Assembly: GCA_965222375.1 (NCBI GenBank)
Contig: CBDCTZ010000016.1
Span: 342,808-382,807 of the forward strand
Source: Polyangiaceae bacterium
GTDB taxonomy: Bacteria; Myxococcota_A; Polyangia; Polyangiales; Polyangiaceae
Direction of reading: 5' to 3'
Length of the DNA stretch: 40,000 nt
Below, one piece after another: positions 10,153-18,899 of the stretch; the stretch's first letter is position 1, and every line of letters begins with the position of its first letter. The notes beneath the pieces were generated by a model. The model did not search any database. It saw only the letters and a program-made list of their open reading frames with translations, and was not told where the DNA came from. Both the position numbers and the translations under genes were made by a program.

Positions 10153-11172
10153 TCAGCTGCGGGCGAACATCGCTTGCATCCAGTAGGGGTAGATGTTTGG
10201 CGGTGCGGTGAGCTTGGCGAGCTCGGCGAGCTCCTCCTCGGTCCACTCGACTTCGACGGCGACGAGGTTGTCCTCGAGCTGATCCATCCGCTTGGCCCCG
10301 ATGATGACCGACGTGATGGCGGGCTGGCGGACCACCCAGGACAGAGCGAGGCGGGGAATGGTCGAGTCTTTCGCCTTGGCGAGGGCTTCGAGCTTGTCAA
10401 CGACGTCGTAGCCTTTCTCCTTGTCGATGGGCGGAAAATCGAAGGTCGTGCGCCGCGATCCCTCCGGACTCTCTTGACCGCGCCGGTACTTGCCGGTGAT
10501 GAATCCGCCGGCGAGCGGCGACCAAACCATGATGCCGAGGCCCTGGTCTTTGCACATCGGGATCAGATCCAGCTCGAGCTCGCGACCGAGCAGGGAGTAG
10601 TACGCCTGAAGCGAGACGAAGTGGGCGCCGGAGCCCGCGAGGCCGTTGGCTTTGGTGATCTGCCAGCCCGTGAGGTTGGAGCAGCCCACGTATCGGACCT
10701 TGCCTTGGCGCACCAGATCCTCGAGGGCGCGCATGGTCTCCTCGAGGGGCGTTTTGGTGTCGGGCCCGTGGACTTGGTAGAGGTCTATGTGATCCGTGCC
10801 GAGGCGCTGCAGGCTCGCCTCGCAGCCAGCGACGATGTGCTTGCGTGACAGACCGATGTTGTTCACGTCGCCGGTCCCGTCGCCGGCGGCCTCGCTCATG
10901 GGGCCGCGAACCTTCGTGGCGATGACGACCGAGTTCCGATCGACCCCGAGCTTCTTCAACGCACCACCGAGGAGCGACTCGGACTGCCCCATGCTGTAGA
11001 TGTCGGCGGTGTCGAAGAAGTTGATGCCCCCATCGAGGGCACGCTTCACGAGCCCCGTGGCCCCGTCCTGCTCAACCTCGCCGATCCCGTAAAAGCCTTG
11101 CCCAAAAGTCATGCACCCAAGGCAGAGCTCGGAGACGCGAAGACCCGTGTTGCCCAGAAATCGATACTCCAT
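10153..11172 (-). CDS. aldo/keto reductase
   Basis: MEYRFLGNTGLRVSELCLGCMTFG..., GINFFDTADIYSMGQSE, LQRLGTDHIDLYQVHGPD. The start at 11172 is preceded by an AGGAGGG Shine-Dalgarno sequence. Confidence 0.9.
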   Translation of the reverse strand: MEYRFLGNTGLRVSELCLGCMTFGQGFYGIGEVEQDGATGLVKRALDGGINFFDTADIYSMGQSESLLGGALKKLGVDRNSVVIATKVRGPMSEAAGDGTGDVNNIGLSRKHIVAGCEASLQRLGTDHIDLYQVHGPDTKTPLEETMRALEDLVRQGKVRYVGCSNLTGWQITKANGLAGSGAHFVSLQAYYSLLGRELELDLIPMCKDQGLGIMVWSPLAGGFITGKYRRGQESPEGSRRTTFDFPPIDKEKGYDVVDKLEALAKAKDSTIPRLALSWVVRQPAITSVIIGAKRMDQLEDNLVAVEVEWTEEELAELAKLTAPPNIYPYWMQAMFARS

Positions 11173-11324
11173 ATTGCCCTCCTGTTGGTGATGCGGGCGC
11201 GAAGCGTAAGGCAGAGGGGGACGCACCGCCATCCCCTGAGATCGGTCTTTGATGAGGCGATCTGGGCGGGCTGTGCTTGCGGTGATGTCGTCGCTGTGAC
11301 GGTCTTGCTAGGACGGTCTTTACA

Positions 11325-11346
11325 AATGTACATCTAGATGTACATT
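11325..11346. promoter_or_regulatory. perfect 22-bp palindrome, probable TA operator upstream of the antitoxin gene
   Basis: AATGTACATCTAGATGTACATT lies 7 bp upstream of the antitoxin ATG (11353). Confidence 0.55.
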
Positions 11347-11352
11347 GGGAGC

Positions 11353-11631
11353 ATGGCAAAGAGTTACACGGTGGCCAGCGCTAGGGCGAAGTTGGCCAAG
11401 ATCGTCGACGAAGTGGAGTCGGGGAAGGAAGTTGAGCTGACGCGGCGCGGGAAGAAGGTGGCTGTGGTGATGTCGGCCGCCAGGTACGCCCGTCTGCGCG
11501 GCGATCATGTGGCCTTCATGACAGCGTACGAGACCTTTTGCGAGGAGACCGACCTGAGCGAGGTGGGCGTTGAACCGGGGTGGGCGCGTGGTCTTCGCAG
11601 TCGCGACGCGGGGCGGACCGTCAAGCTGTGA
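11353..11631 (+). CDS. Phd/YefM-type antitoxin
   Basis: MAKSYTVASARAKLAKIVDEVESGKEVELTRRGKKVAVVMS is typical of prevent-host-death antitoxins. It overlaps the next gene by 4 nt (GTGA). Confidence 0.8.
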   Translation: MAKSYTVASARAKLAKIVDEVESGKEVELTRRGKKVAVVMSAARYARLRGDHVAFMTAYETFCEETDLSEVGVEPGWARGLRSRDAGRTVKL

Positions 11632-12050
11632 CCCGATTTCTTTTGGATACCAGCACGGTTTCTGCGGCTGTCTGGAAAACCCCGGACCGGGGCGTGCTCG
11701 AGCGGTTGACCGAGCACGGAGGCGAGTGCGCGACGTGTTCGCCGGTCTGGCATGAGCTGCAGTTTGGCGCGCGGCGACTTTCACGCGGGAAACGTCGGGC
11801 TGCATTGGAGGCGTTTCTGGAGGAAGTCGTGCGTGCGACTCTGCCGATTCTGCCTTACGACGAGCGCGCAGCAGAGTGGCACGGCGCAGAGCGCGCGAGA
11901 CTCGAACGCTCCGGCAAAAGGCCGCCATTCGTGGACGGCCAGATCGCCGCGATTGCTGTGACCTCGGGGATTCCGCTGATCACCGCGAATCCGGCAGACT
12001 TCAAATCCTTCAAGGGGCTCGTCGTTCAGAACTGGGTGGCCGGGCGATGA
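11628..12050 (+). CDS. vapC: PIN-domain toxin VapC
   Basis: The product starts with a GTG-encoded residue followed by TRFLLDTS... (conserved Asp). It also has ...DGQIAAIAVTSGIPLITANPADF and is coupled to the upstream antitoxin. Confidence 0.8.
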   Translation: MTRFLLDTSTVSAAVWKTPDRGVLERLTEHGGECATCSPVWHELQFGARRLSRGKRRAALEAFLEEVVRATLPILPYDERAAEWHGAERARLERSGKRPPFVDGQIAAIAVTSGIPLITANPADFKSFKGLVVQNWVAGR

Positions 12051-12106
12051 CGGGCGACCGCTGAACGGTACGACTTCTTCCGCGGGACGTCTGCCGTATC
12101 CCCCGG

Positions 12107-12532
12107 TTACGCGGAGGCGTCGCCGAGCGGCTTGTCTGCGAACCACTTCACGAGCCGAGGCATCATGGTCTCGAAACCCGCGGGTATGTTGATGCTGATG
12201 AATCGGCAGTTTTCCGCAGCAAAGTTCTGGAAGTCGTGGGATGTGCCGCCGGGGATCAAGGCATAGCTTCCGCGGGGAGCATCCGTTCGCTGGCCCTCGA
12301 TGAACAGGCTGAGGGTGCCCTCCAGCACGTAGAAGATGTGGTCATCCGGATGCGAGTGAGCGCCCGGGCCCTCCGTTTGAGCGTCCAGCGACCACTCGGA
12401 GATCGAGTACCGATTGTCAGTCTCATCGCCGTCCGCGAAAAACACGGCCCGCATGCGCCCCATGTCGTACTCGCGCCCTTCGTCCGGCCTGACGACTAGC
12501 GGCTTCCGATCACTATCTCCTGAACTGGTCAC
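12107..12532 (-). CDS. cupin domain protein
   Basis: GPGAHSHPDDHIFYVLEGTLSL...ALIPGGTSHDFQN cupin motifs. Confidence 0.75.
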   Translation of the reverse strand: MTSSGDSDRKPLVVRPDEGREYDMGRMRAVFFADGDETDNRYSISEWSLDAQTEGPGAHSHPDDHIFYVLEGTLSLFIEGQRTDAPRGSYALIPGGTSHDFQNFAAENCRFISINIPAGFETMMPRLVKWFADKPLGDASA

Positions 12533-13125
12533 GCACGTTTCCCTTCATCGGACACTACACGAGCTAGGATCTGTTCGACCACCTCAGACTTCGCGTCGGC
12601 GTAGTTCTGCACGTGCTTCCAGCGCTGGGCTGCGAGCTCGCGCTTGGTTCGTTCGTAGAGCTCGCGGTCCTCGGTGTGGGTTCGCAGCCAGTCGCGAAAC
12701 CCGATCATGCGGTCGATCTCGATGCACCCCGCGGAGAAGACGTGGAGGTTCACGTCTGTGTCCGACCCCTTGAATACGCGGTGCTCGTACCACTCAGGTT
12801 CCCGGATCCGGAGGGTGTACCCCGCGGACTGCAGCGCCGGCACGTACCTCGGCTCGTTAGACGAGTCCTCGACAACCAAGAGAATGTCGATGCGCGGCTT
12901 TGCCGCAAGCCCGGGCACTGCAGTCGACCCGACGTGTTCCAGACACACGACGCTTTCGCCCAGCACATGCCGGATGCGCTCCGCTTCGCGAGCGAACAAG
13001 TCTGACCATGACGGATCATGGTCCACGATCAGAATGGACTCGTTGTGTGGCTCGAGCTCGCCAACCGTGTACGCGGCGATCTCTGCGTCGGTCGTGGGCT
13101 TGCGGCTGGGGGCGGAGGAGGACAT
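12529..13125 (-). CDS. GrpB family protein
   Basis: HVGSTAVPGLAAKPRIDILLVV and FRDWLRTHTEDRELYERTKRELA are characteristic of GrpB. There is a 4-nt overlap with the cupin gene. Confidence 0.8.
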   Translation of the reverse strand: MSSSAPSRKPTTDAEIAAYTVGELEPHNESILIVDHDPSWSDLFAREAERIRHVLGESVVCLEHVGSTAVPGLAAKPRIDILLVVEDSSNEPRYVPALQSAGYTLRIREPEWYEHRVFKGSDTDVNLHVFSAGCIEIDRMIGFRDWLRTHTEDRELYERTKRELAAQRWKHVQNYADAKSEVVEQILARVVSDEGKRA

Positions 13126-13479
13126 GTTCCTTCATGAGATCCGGTTGACGTCCTGACGGCAAGACGCGCCACACGTTCGGCCGGTACCGCTCGATCTCGG
13201 CAACCCGTCCTTGTACGATACTTGGAGGTCACTGAGAAGGAGAACACGACGGCCATGCCAGCACACAGTCCAGACGGGTATTTCGGTGGCTCCTTGCGGA
13301 GTCGGACACGCTAGTGGCCATTCCGGGGTGGCCACCGTGAACGAGGTCGACGACGGCACCGCCCCGAGAGGTTCGCACCGTTTGAGCGTTTTCTTCGAAA
13401 CGTGCCAACCAGCCTTCGCTGGTGCTTTGCACGCCGTCGAGGGAATCGCGCGCGCCACTCGTCAAGACCTTGAAGCAGG

Positions 13480-13800
13480 CCGCGTTGATCACGAATTGCT
13501 CAGGCGTCTATACGGGGACTATGAACCGCTGAACAATCTCGACGCTTTCATCAAGGCCGCGGAGCAGCTGTTCCCCGTGGGAAACTGCGGGATCGCGTCG
13601 CTTCTGTTGCGAGAGAGATTGGGCCGAGGGCGGGTTCACACGGGAAGCTATGATGGTCACTGCACACGTTCCTCGTGCTCGCAGCGAAGATCGCGGTTGA
13701 CATCACCGCCGATCAGTTCGGCGGGCCCCAAGTGTACGTTGGGCCTGTTCGTTTGCCATGGACCCACGAGCCGCCGAAAAATTCGTCGCACTTGGCAACA
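13480..13800 (+). pseudogene. possible frameshifted gene of unknown function
   Basis: Two + frames join into a plausible sequence (...LFPVGNCGIASLLLRERLGRGRVHTGSYDGH / HTFLVLAAKIAVDITADQFGGPQVYVGPV) only if a frameshift near 13665 is assumed. The start is undefined. Confidence 0.25.
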
Positions 13801-13923
13801 GGCAATGGGCCGACAAGGCCGCCAGTGCCTGCGCAAGGCCGAAGGGAACCCCTGAAAGGGGCAGGGCGGAACGGACACCAGGATGGAAAGCCGGTCGTCG
13901 CCTGCAGCAACGTCCTGTTAGGT
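13790..13923 (-). repeat. decayed attC remnant (one end only), outermost trace of the cassette array
   Basis: GCCGAAGGGAACCCCTGAAAGGGGCAGGGCGGAACGGAC...CTGCAGCAACGTCCTGTTAGG matches the long-class attC end. The opposite GCCTAAC end is absent. Confidence 0.5.
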
Positions 13924-13985
13924 GGTTCCCAGTGGCACTGCACGCAGGTCCACGTGTCGCCCGGTGTCAGGCGCAATCCGGACGT

Positions 13986-14036
13986 GCGGTATTCACTCGA
14001 GACGTGCACGGCGCGGTATTCACTCGAGACGTGCAC
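13986..14036. repeat. 27-bp-period tandem duplication
   Basis: GCGGTATTCACTCGAGACGTGCAC occurs at 13986-14009 and again at 14013-14036. Confidence 0.8.
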
Positions 14037-14109
14037 CGCGGGGTCCGCGCGGAGTAGGCTTTCGCCATGTTTCACCCGGGAGCCTGATCGCTCAGCGCCT
14101 CGGTCGACG

Positions 14110-14394
14110 TTAGAGCAGTGACTCGAGTTCGCGTCGCACCTCAGACCAGGGGCGTGCGGTATCAGGGTTCGCCTTGTGGGCGTGGAGGCGTCGGCGAACC
14201 AGGGCACGCTGGGCATCAGTGACTTCGAGTTCACCGGAATCGATCCTGTCAGCCAGGACACTAGATGCCAGTGTGCAAGCGAGCCGCACCGCTTCGTCTT
14301 GTGAGTCTCCGTAGACGACTACTCCAGGCAGTTCGGAGATCTCAGCCAACCAGCGCCCGTCCGCCTCCTGCTCGAGTGCGACAGTGAGTTTCAT
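14110..14394 (-). CDS. HicB/UPF0150-like N-terminal domain fused to an addiction-module-component-like C-terminus (putative antitoxin)
   Basis: MKLTVALEQEADGRWLAEISELPGVVVYGDSQDEA resembles HicB-type folds. The C-terminus LVRRRLHAHKANPDTARPWSEVRREL resembles addiction module components. Confidence 0.45.
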   Translation of the reverse strand: MKLTVALEQEADGRWLAEISELPGVVVYGDSQDEAVRLACTLASSVLADRIDSGELEVTDAQRALVRRRLHAHKANPDTARPWSEVRRELESLL

Positions 14395-14627
14395 CGTTTC
14401 AGGCCGACTAGGCTTGCACGGGCTTGTTCAAGGGCCTGCTCGGTAGAGATCGTGTGAGCCGTGCCATTGCGAAGTCGCTCAATTCGTCGTGCGACCTCGT
14501 GTGCCCAGGCGTCTTCTGAGTTGTTCTTCGCGTCTTCGAGAGTCTGCGCAAGGCGAAGCGCGAGACGGGCACGCTCGTCCTCAGGAAGCCCATGCGCTTC
14601 GGGGAGAAAGGAGTCTGACGAACGCAT
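14391..14627 (-). CDS. putative addiction module component
   Basis: LPEDERARLALRLAQTLED...WAHEVARRIERLRNG pattern. There is a 4-nt overlap with the downstream ORF. Confidence 0.45.
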   Translation of the reverse strand: MRSSDSFLPEAHGLPEDERARLALRLAQTLEDAKNNSEDAWAHEVARRIERLRNGTAHTISTEQALEQARASLVGLKR

Positions 14628-14835
14628 GTCGAGGTTGTAACACCACGGCTATGCAAACGCACGAGTGCTCGGTTTTCCGACGGCGGCGTGATGTCGCTCT
14701 GGAAGAGGTCGACCGACAGGGCGGCGTGACCGATCCGTCCGGCAACATCTGGTGGATCTCGACGCGGGTGGTCCAAGAGCCGTACGACTGAGGTGAGTGC
14801 GAGGCGCTCGACCAGGTTGCTCGGAGAGCCTCGGA

Positions 14836-15526
14836 CTAGCTCGAGCACCGGTCATCTGGACGGGAGGGAACCAAATGGCATCGCCGTCCGGACCGGTAAT
14901 ACCCCAGCTTCTCCGCGACTCGGAGAGACGCCCAGTTGTCCTCCGCACAACTCCAAACAGCTGTCTTTCCGCGCTCGAACACACGCCGGAGAACCACTCG
15001 CGCTGCGGCCTCAGCAAAACCCCGATTCCGGTACTCCTCCTTGGTAGTGTCAGCGGGCATCCGAAAGGGCGTCTAAGCGGGCGGCATGGCGAAGGTGCCC
15101 AGATTTGCGCGTGAGTGATGCCCAGATTTGCGCCTTCGGATGAGCGCGTGAAATTGGGCCTGGTGGGAACGACGCAAGTTCGAGGTAAACGTCACCGATT
15201 ACCCTTGGCTCCGAACCAAGCGCGCAGCGCACGTGATCCGCAACGTCCGCGGCTGCCTCCTCCGGAACGTTGAGACAACCCCACCCCGGAGCCACCTGGG
15301 CAAGGGACCAGATTGTGTCGGCAGTGCCGAATGCGAACGGCTCGTCCGGGTACGGTCCGGGCCGGATGAAGCAGCCCAAGAGCTCCCCGCTCCCCCCGCG
15401 CACCGTCCAGGCCTCACAGATTCCACGCTGTAACAGGTGGACCGCCGCAGCCGTCCACGGCGACTCACCCAGTTCGGCAGCCAATGCCGTAAACGCTGCT
15501 CGCGGCAACTTTGTCGGCCTAGCCAT
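14836..15526 (-). pseudogene. GNAT-like acetyltransferase, apparently disrupted by frameshifts
   Basis: The C-terminal piece (14836-15060) reads YRNRGFAEAAARVVLRRVFERGKTAVWSCAEDNWASLRVAEKLGY, which is GNAT-like. The N-terminal piece (15050-15526) is in another frame. Confidence 0.35.
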
Positions 15527-15569
15527 GGCGACGCTGTCTCAGAAACGTGCGAGACCCACCTGACGCGCT

Positions 15570-15612
15570 GCCGCTCATCTGCGGATCCGTCACCTGCAGC
15601 GGCTTGTTTGGC
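15570..15612 (-). repeat. very degenerate attC end remnant
   Basis: CTGCAGCGGCTTGTTTGGCC matches the consensus CTGCAACGTCCTGTTAGGCC at 16 of 20 positions. It lies 56 nt downstream of the GNAT stop, where a cassette attC would be expected. Confidence 0.3.
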
Positions 15613-15667
15613 CGACACTTCGCCACCAACTCAACTACTCCCGTCCCAACCCCTCGCCTCCGAAACA

Positions 15668-16276
15668 CTACAAGTTCCTTGTCATGCGCACGAACACCGT
15701 CGGCAGCAACTTGGACGCCGGCCAGCGCGAGGACTCGACCATCCCGCGACGCGCGTACAGCTTGCGCGCACCCTTGTTCTTCGCCGCGACATCCAGACAG
15801 AGCCGGGCTGATCCGGTGGCCCTGGCGCGTTCTTCCGCGTCGGCCATCAGAAGCGAGCCAATCCCGGCCCCACGCAAATTCGGCTCCACAGCCATTCCCT
15901 GGATATAGAAATCTCCCTCGGCAAAAGTGTTCAAGATGCGCCAGAGCGGCCCCAGAAGTGTCCGCACGCACCCCATGCGGAACGCGCTGCGGCCGGCGGC
16001 ACGCCTCAGGGGCTCCTCGCTGAAGCTGCGGTGCTGTGCGCCAGTGAACGCGGAGTTCATGCCGACAACCACACCATCGCGCTCGGCAAACAGCACGTGC
16101 TCGAACGAAAGCGAATGTCCGGGCTCGGAGAAGGCACTGGCGATGATCCGTTCCGCGTTTCGGCCGAGCATGAAGCCGAAGAAACTCTCGGCCGCCTGAT
16201 CCATGTAGCGAGCGAAGAGCAGCCCTTCATCATGGTCCGGTGTCGCGGGACGTATCAGCACGGAGGCACTTCGCAT
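15668..16276 (-). CDS. GNAT family N-acetyltransferase (distal cassette)
   Basis: IQGMAVEPNLRGAGIGSLLMADAEERARATGSARLCLDVAAKNKGARKLYARRGM acetyl-CoA-binding motif. The start lies 78 nt from the attC core at 16354. Confidence 0.85.
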   Translation of the reverse strand: MRSASVLIRPATPDHDEGLLFARYMDQAAESFFGFMLGRNAERIIASAFSEPGHSLSFEHVLFAERDGVVVGMNSAFTGAQHRSFSEEPLRRAAGRSAFRMGCVRTLLGPLWRILNTFAEGDFYIQGMAVEPNLRGAGIGSLLMADAEERARATGSARLCLDVAAKNKGARKLYARRGMVESSRWPASKLLPTVFVRMTRNL

Positions 16277-16353
16277 CTCTGTCCGCTCCTACCCTGATAC
16301 ACAGGTGCTCGGAAGCCCGCACCCGGTCATCAGCTGATAGAGCTTGTTCGTCC

Positions 16354-16434
16354 GCCTAACAATTGAGGCGTTCAGCAGCGAACGCCGAACAACATACGCA
16401 GACTCTATCACGCTGCAGGCGCAGAATTGCGCCG
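16354..16434 (-). repeat. attC half-site (R'/L' end only)
   Basis: GCCTAACAATTGAGGCGTTCAGCAGCGAACGCC...CACGCTGCAGGCGCAGAATTGCGCCG, after which homology to the attC consensus stops. Confidence 0.7.
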
Positions 16435-16471
16435 CGGTGGCGGTGTGCAAGGAAAATCCGCCGCCGTTCGT

Positions 16472-16891
16472 TCATCGCGCGTTCCTGATCGGGAGGCGGT
16501 CCCAAACGATGCGCGGCGCCAGGCTCCCATCCGGCACGGCCCGCACGGGCACGATGGCGCCCACTGGAAGCGTATCCGGCCATCCGCCACGCGGCGTGAC
16601 CCGTATTTTCGAGATGTTGGGTTCGCAACCCGGGATCTCGACACGCAGCTCGAGCTCGACACTGACGTTCTTGTCACGGGACATCGCATCGGTACAGTCG
16701 ATGATTGAGAGGATCGTTGCCTGGCCCGGTACCGCCAACGCTTCGAAGCGGCGGTCGAGGAACCGGTTGGAGATGAGAAAGAGAACGACGGTGGGCACCA
16801 TCAATGCGATGAACGCAACCGCGCCGCTGCCGCCGCCGTACACAGATTCGACGACCCCGCTTGCCACACAGCTCGCCAGCGCCGCGGCCAA
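16472..16891 (-). CDS. membrane-anchored hypothetical protein (DUF3592-like, tentative)
   Basis: 139-aa ORF with N-terminal TM segments followed by a soluble domain. It lies between the two attC halves. Confidence 0.5.
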   Translation of the reverse strand: MAAALASCVASGVVESVYGGGSGAVAFIALMVPTVVLFLISNRFLDRRFEALAVPGQATILSIIDCTDAMSRDKNVSVELELRVEIPGCEPNISKIRVTPRGGWPDTLPVGAIVPVRAVPDGSLAPRIVWDRLPIRNAR

Positions 16892-17286
16892 GACGACCTA
16901 GTCCAAAGCTCCACGGTCCGAGCTGATGGCACGTCTGCGGGGTCGGAGGTGTCGACCTTGCGTGCCGCCTGCCAATCGCGGCGCGGATCCACCGGCAAGA
17001 GGCGAACAGCCGCGTGGCGCCAGTGCAACGAAGGTCCGACAGCGCCCAGGCCCTCCACTGGCAGCGTAGCCGCGCGTTGTCGGGCTTCCTGACAAGCTAC
17101 GAGGACCTGAGCACCGCGGCCGGCGGACGGTTTCCACGTCATTGCCACAACCGACGTCGCGGAGCGTCTCGTCACGTCGCGGTAGGCCGCGTGGTCCTCG
17201 CCCGCAGGCACCGCCCGGTCTCACGCAAGCAATTGGTTTGACCGAACTAGCGGTTGATGCTCGGTTGCTTGCGGCGGTTCACTTTG

Positions 17287-17343
17287 CGGAGGAGCAGGGA
17301 TTCGACCCCTGGGTGCCCTTTCGGGCGCGCGGTTTTCGAAACC
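17287..17343 (-). other. tRNA-like 3' fragment (anticodon loop to acceptor end, type II-like), abutting an attC half
   Basis: Minus strand: TTCGAAA-ACCGC-G-CGCCCGAAAGGGCACC-CAGGG-GTCGAAT-CCCTG-CTCCTCC-G. It has a T-arm, a GCCC/GGGC variable-arm hairpin and an acceptor 3' strand. There is no 5' half, and G replaces T54. Confidence 0.3.
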
Positions 17344-17509
17344 CAAAATTCTACCACGCTGCAGGCGCAGGGTTGCGCCGACCGCAGCGAAGGCTGCTCG
17401 GCGCAAGAACCCTGCGCGAGACCGAAGGGAACCCCTGGAAGGGGCAGGGCGGGACGGCCGCTATCCACTCAGAAAGCCGGCGGTCGTCTGCTGCAACGTC
17501 CTGTTAGGC
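17341..17509 (-). repeat. attC half-site (R''/L'' end plus centre), long class; attC of the GNAT cassette
   Basis: ACCCAAAATTCTACCACGCTGCAGGCGCAGGGTTGCGCC...CTGCTGCAACGTCCTGTTAGGC. The GCCTAAC end is missing. Confidence 0.7.
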
Positions 17510-18037
17510 CGCCTTCGTGTCGATCCAGTATCGTCGTTTTGGTGTTTCGAGGTCGGGAGCGACGACGACGTTTTCGAGAACGCCGCCGTTCTTTTCGATA
17601 GCTCGGATGGACCCGATATTGTCGTCATCACACGTCACCAGCACGCGTTCGATACCAAGGTGATCGCGGGCGATGTCCATGGACAACCGGAGAATTGTGG
17701 TCGCGTAACCTTGCCGACGAAACTCCGGCACGACGACGAAGCCAATGTGGCCCCCTACGCGAAGCAGAATCTCATTCAGTGAATGTCGGATCGACGTACG
17801 GCCGACGATTCTTGCTCCGGCGAAAGCGAAGAGGAACGTCGATGGAACGTGATTCTGCGATGGTAGTCCGACGCCTCGCGCCCGCTCCGCGAGAATTTGG
17901 AGGTACCTCCGGAAAGGCACGCCCGGTTCATGGTAGTGCAAGAACTCCGGGAAGGTGGGCGATGTCGCCTTGTGAGCTCTGATGAACTCGTCCTCCTCGT
18001 CTTCCGTGGGATGTCTGAGCGTCAGCTCGCGCCGCAT
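17504..18037 (-). CDS. GNAT family N-acetyltransferase (cassette)
   Basis: FRRQGYATTILRLSMDIARDHLGIERVLVTCDDDNIGSIRAIEKNGG. The internal Met at 18037 is chosen because the track ORF runs into the attC. The TAA stop lies inside the attC core. Confidence 0.8.
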   Translation of the reverse strand: MRRELTLRHPTEDEEDEFIRAHKATSPTFPEFLHYHEPGVPFRRYLQILAERARGVGLPSQNHVPSTFLFAFAGARIVGRTSIRHSLNEILLRVGGHIGFVVVPEFRRQGYATTILRLSMDIARDHLGIERVLVTCDDDNIGSIRAIEKNGGVLENVVVAPDLETPKRRYWIDTKAA

Positions 18038-18063
18038 TCTCACCTGAGCTTGGAGAGTTGTAG

Positions 18064-18271
18064 ACCTAGCAATTGAGGCGTTCAGGAACGCCGCGAACAG
18101 CCTCACCCAAGACTACCACGCTGCAGGCGCAGGGTTGCGCCGCACGTGTCGAAGGGTGCTCGGCGCAAGAACCCTGCGCGAGACCGAAGGGAACCCCTGG
18201 AAGGGGCAGGGCGGAACGAACGCCATCCAGTCAGAAAGCCGGCGATCGTCTGCTGCAACGTCGTGTTAGAC
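18064..18271 (-). repeat. attC (long class, degenerate cores ACCTAGC / GTTAGAC)
   Basis: Full-length homolog of the repeat. The core AAC is mutated to AGC, and the L-box differs (TTCAGGAACGCCGCGAAC). Confidence 0.75.
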
Positions 18272-18281
18272 AGCTCTGTTG

Positions 18282-18656
18282 TCAGGGTGCGAGCTTGAAT
18301 TCGACGTTTTCTCGAGTGACGTGGCACTCGTCGCTATCGTCAACAACGACGGTCTTCTTGGCGGTCTGGTATCCAGGCGCGGATACAGTAACCTCGTACG
18401 TTCCAAGTCGCTCACCGACGCCGAAGCAAGTGCAGTCGGTAGCGGCGGAGCACTGGAGAGCCTCCTGGAACTGCCCGTCCTGCGCGACGACGGATGCGTT
18501 GCAAATCCGCTCTCCGGTTGCCTCGTCGCGAACGGTGACGTTGATGGAGTAGTGGAGACTAGCGTCGCAGGACTTACTGCTGCTGCAGTTTGGAAGGACG
18601 GCTAGCAGGGTCGGGCCGAGTAGTAACCACAAGAATCGACTGGAGGAAGCACGCAT
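18282..18656 (-). CDS. lipoprotein with carboxypeptidase-regulatory-like (Ig-like) domain (cassette)
   Basis: Signal peptide with lipobox (LAVLPNC|SS). NVTVRDEATGE...YEVTVSAPGYQTAKKTVVV. Confidence 0.65.
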   Translation of the reverse strand: MRASSSRFLWLLLGPTLLAVLPNCSSSKSCDASLHYSINVTVRDEATGERICNASVVAQDGQFQEALQCSAATDCTCFGVGERLGTYEVTVSAPGYQTAKKTVVVDDSDECHVTRENVEFKLAP

Positions 18657-18660
18657 GTCT

Positions 18661-18873
18661 GTCTAACGATTGAGGCGTTCAGCAGCGAACGCCAGCAACA
18701 GCATACACAAAAACCCACCACGCTGCAGGCGCAGGGTTGCGCCGAAGGCAGCGAAGGCTGCTCGGCGCAAGAACCCGGCGCGAGACCGAAGGGAACCCCT
18801 GGAAGGGGCAGGGCGGAACGGACGCCATCCAGTCAGCAAGCCTGCGGTCGTCTGCTGCAACGTCTTGTTAGGC
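18661..18873 (-). repeat. attC (long class, 213 bp)
   Basis: GTCTAACGATTGAGGCGTTCAGCAGCGAACGCC...CTGCTGCAACGTCTTGTTAGGC. Confidence 0.85.
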
Positions 18874-18899
18874 GGCATGCGCTGGGCTACGCTTAGTTC

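Noticed and set aside
16435-17340. The 0.9-kb segment between the attC halves could be a group IIC-attC intron or another attC-targeting element.
   Set aside because: It has no reverse-transcriptase/maturase ORF and no recognisable intron domain V/VI-like structure. At about 0.9 kb it is well below typical group II intron length.
17221-17360. A complete tRNA gene (Ser/CGA-like) on the minus strand.
   Set aside because: Only the anticodon-loop-to-acceptor half is recognisable. No matching 5' acceptor strand (GGAGGAG) or D-arm is present, because the upstream sequence is attC. The T-loop has G at position 54, and no CCA follows. I report it only as a tRNA-like fragment.
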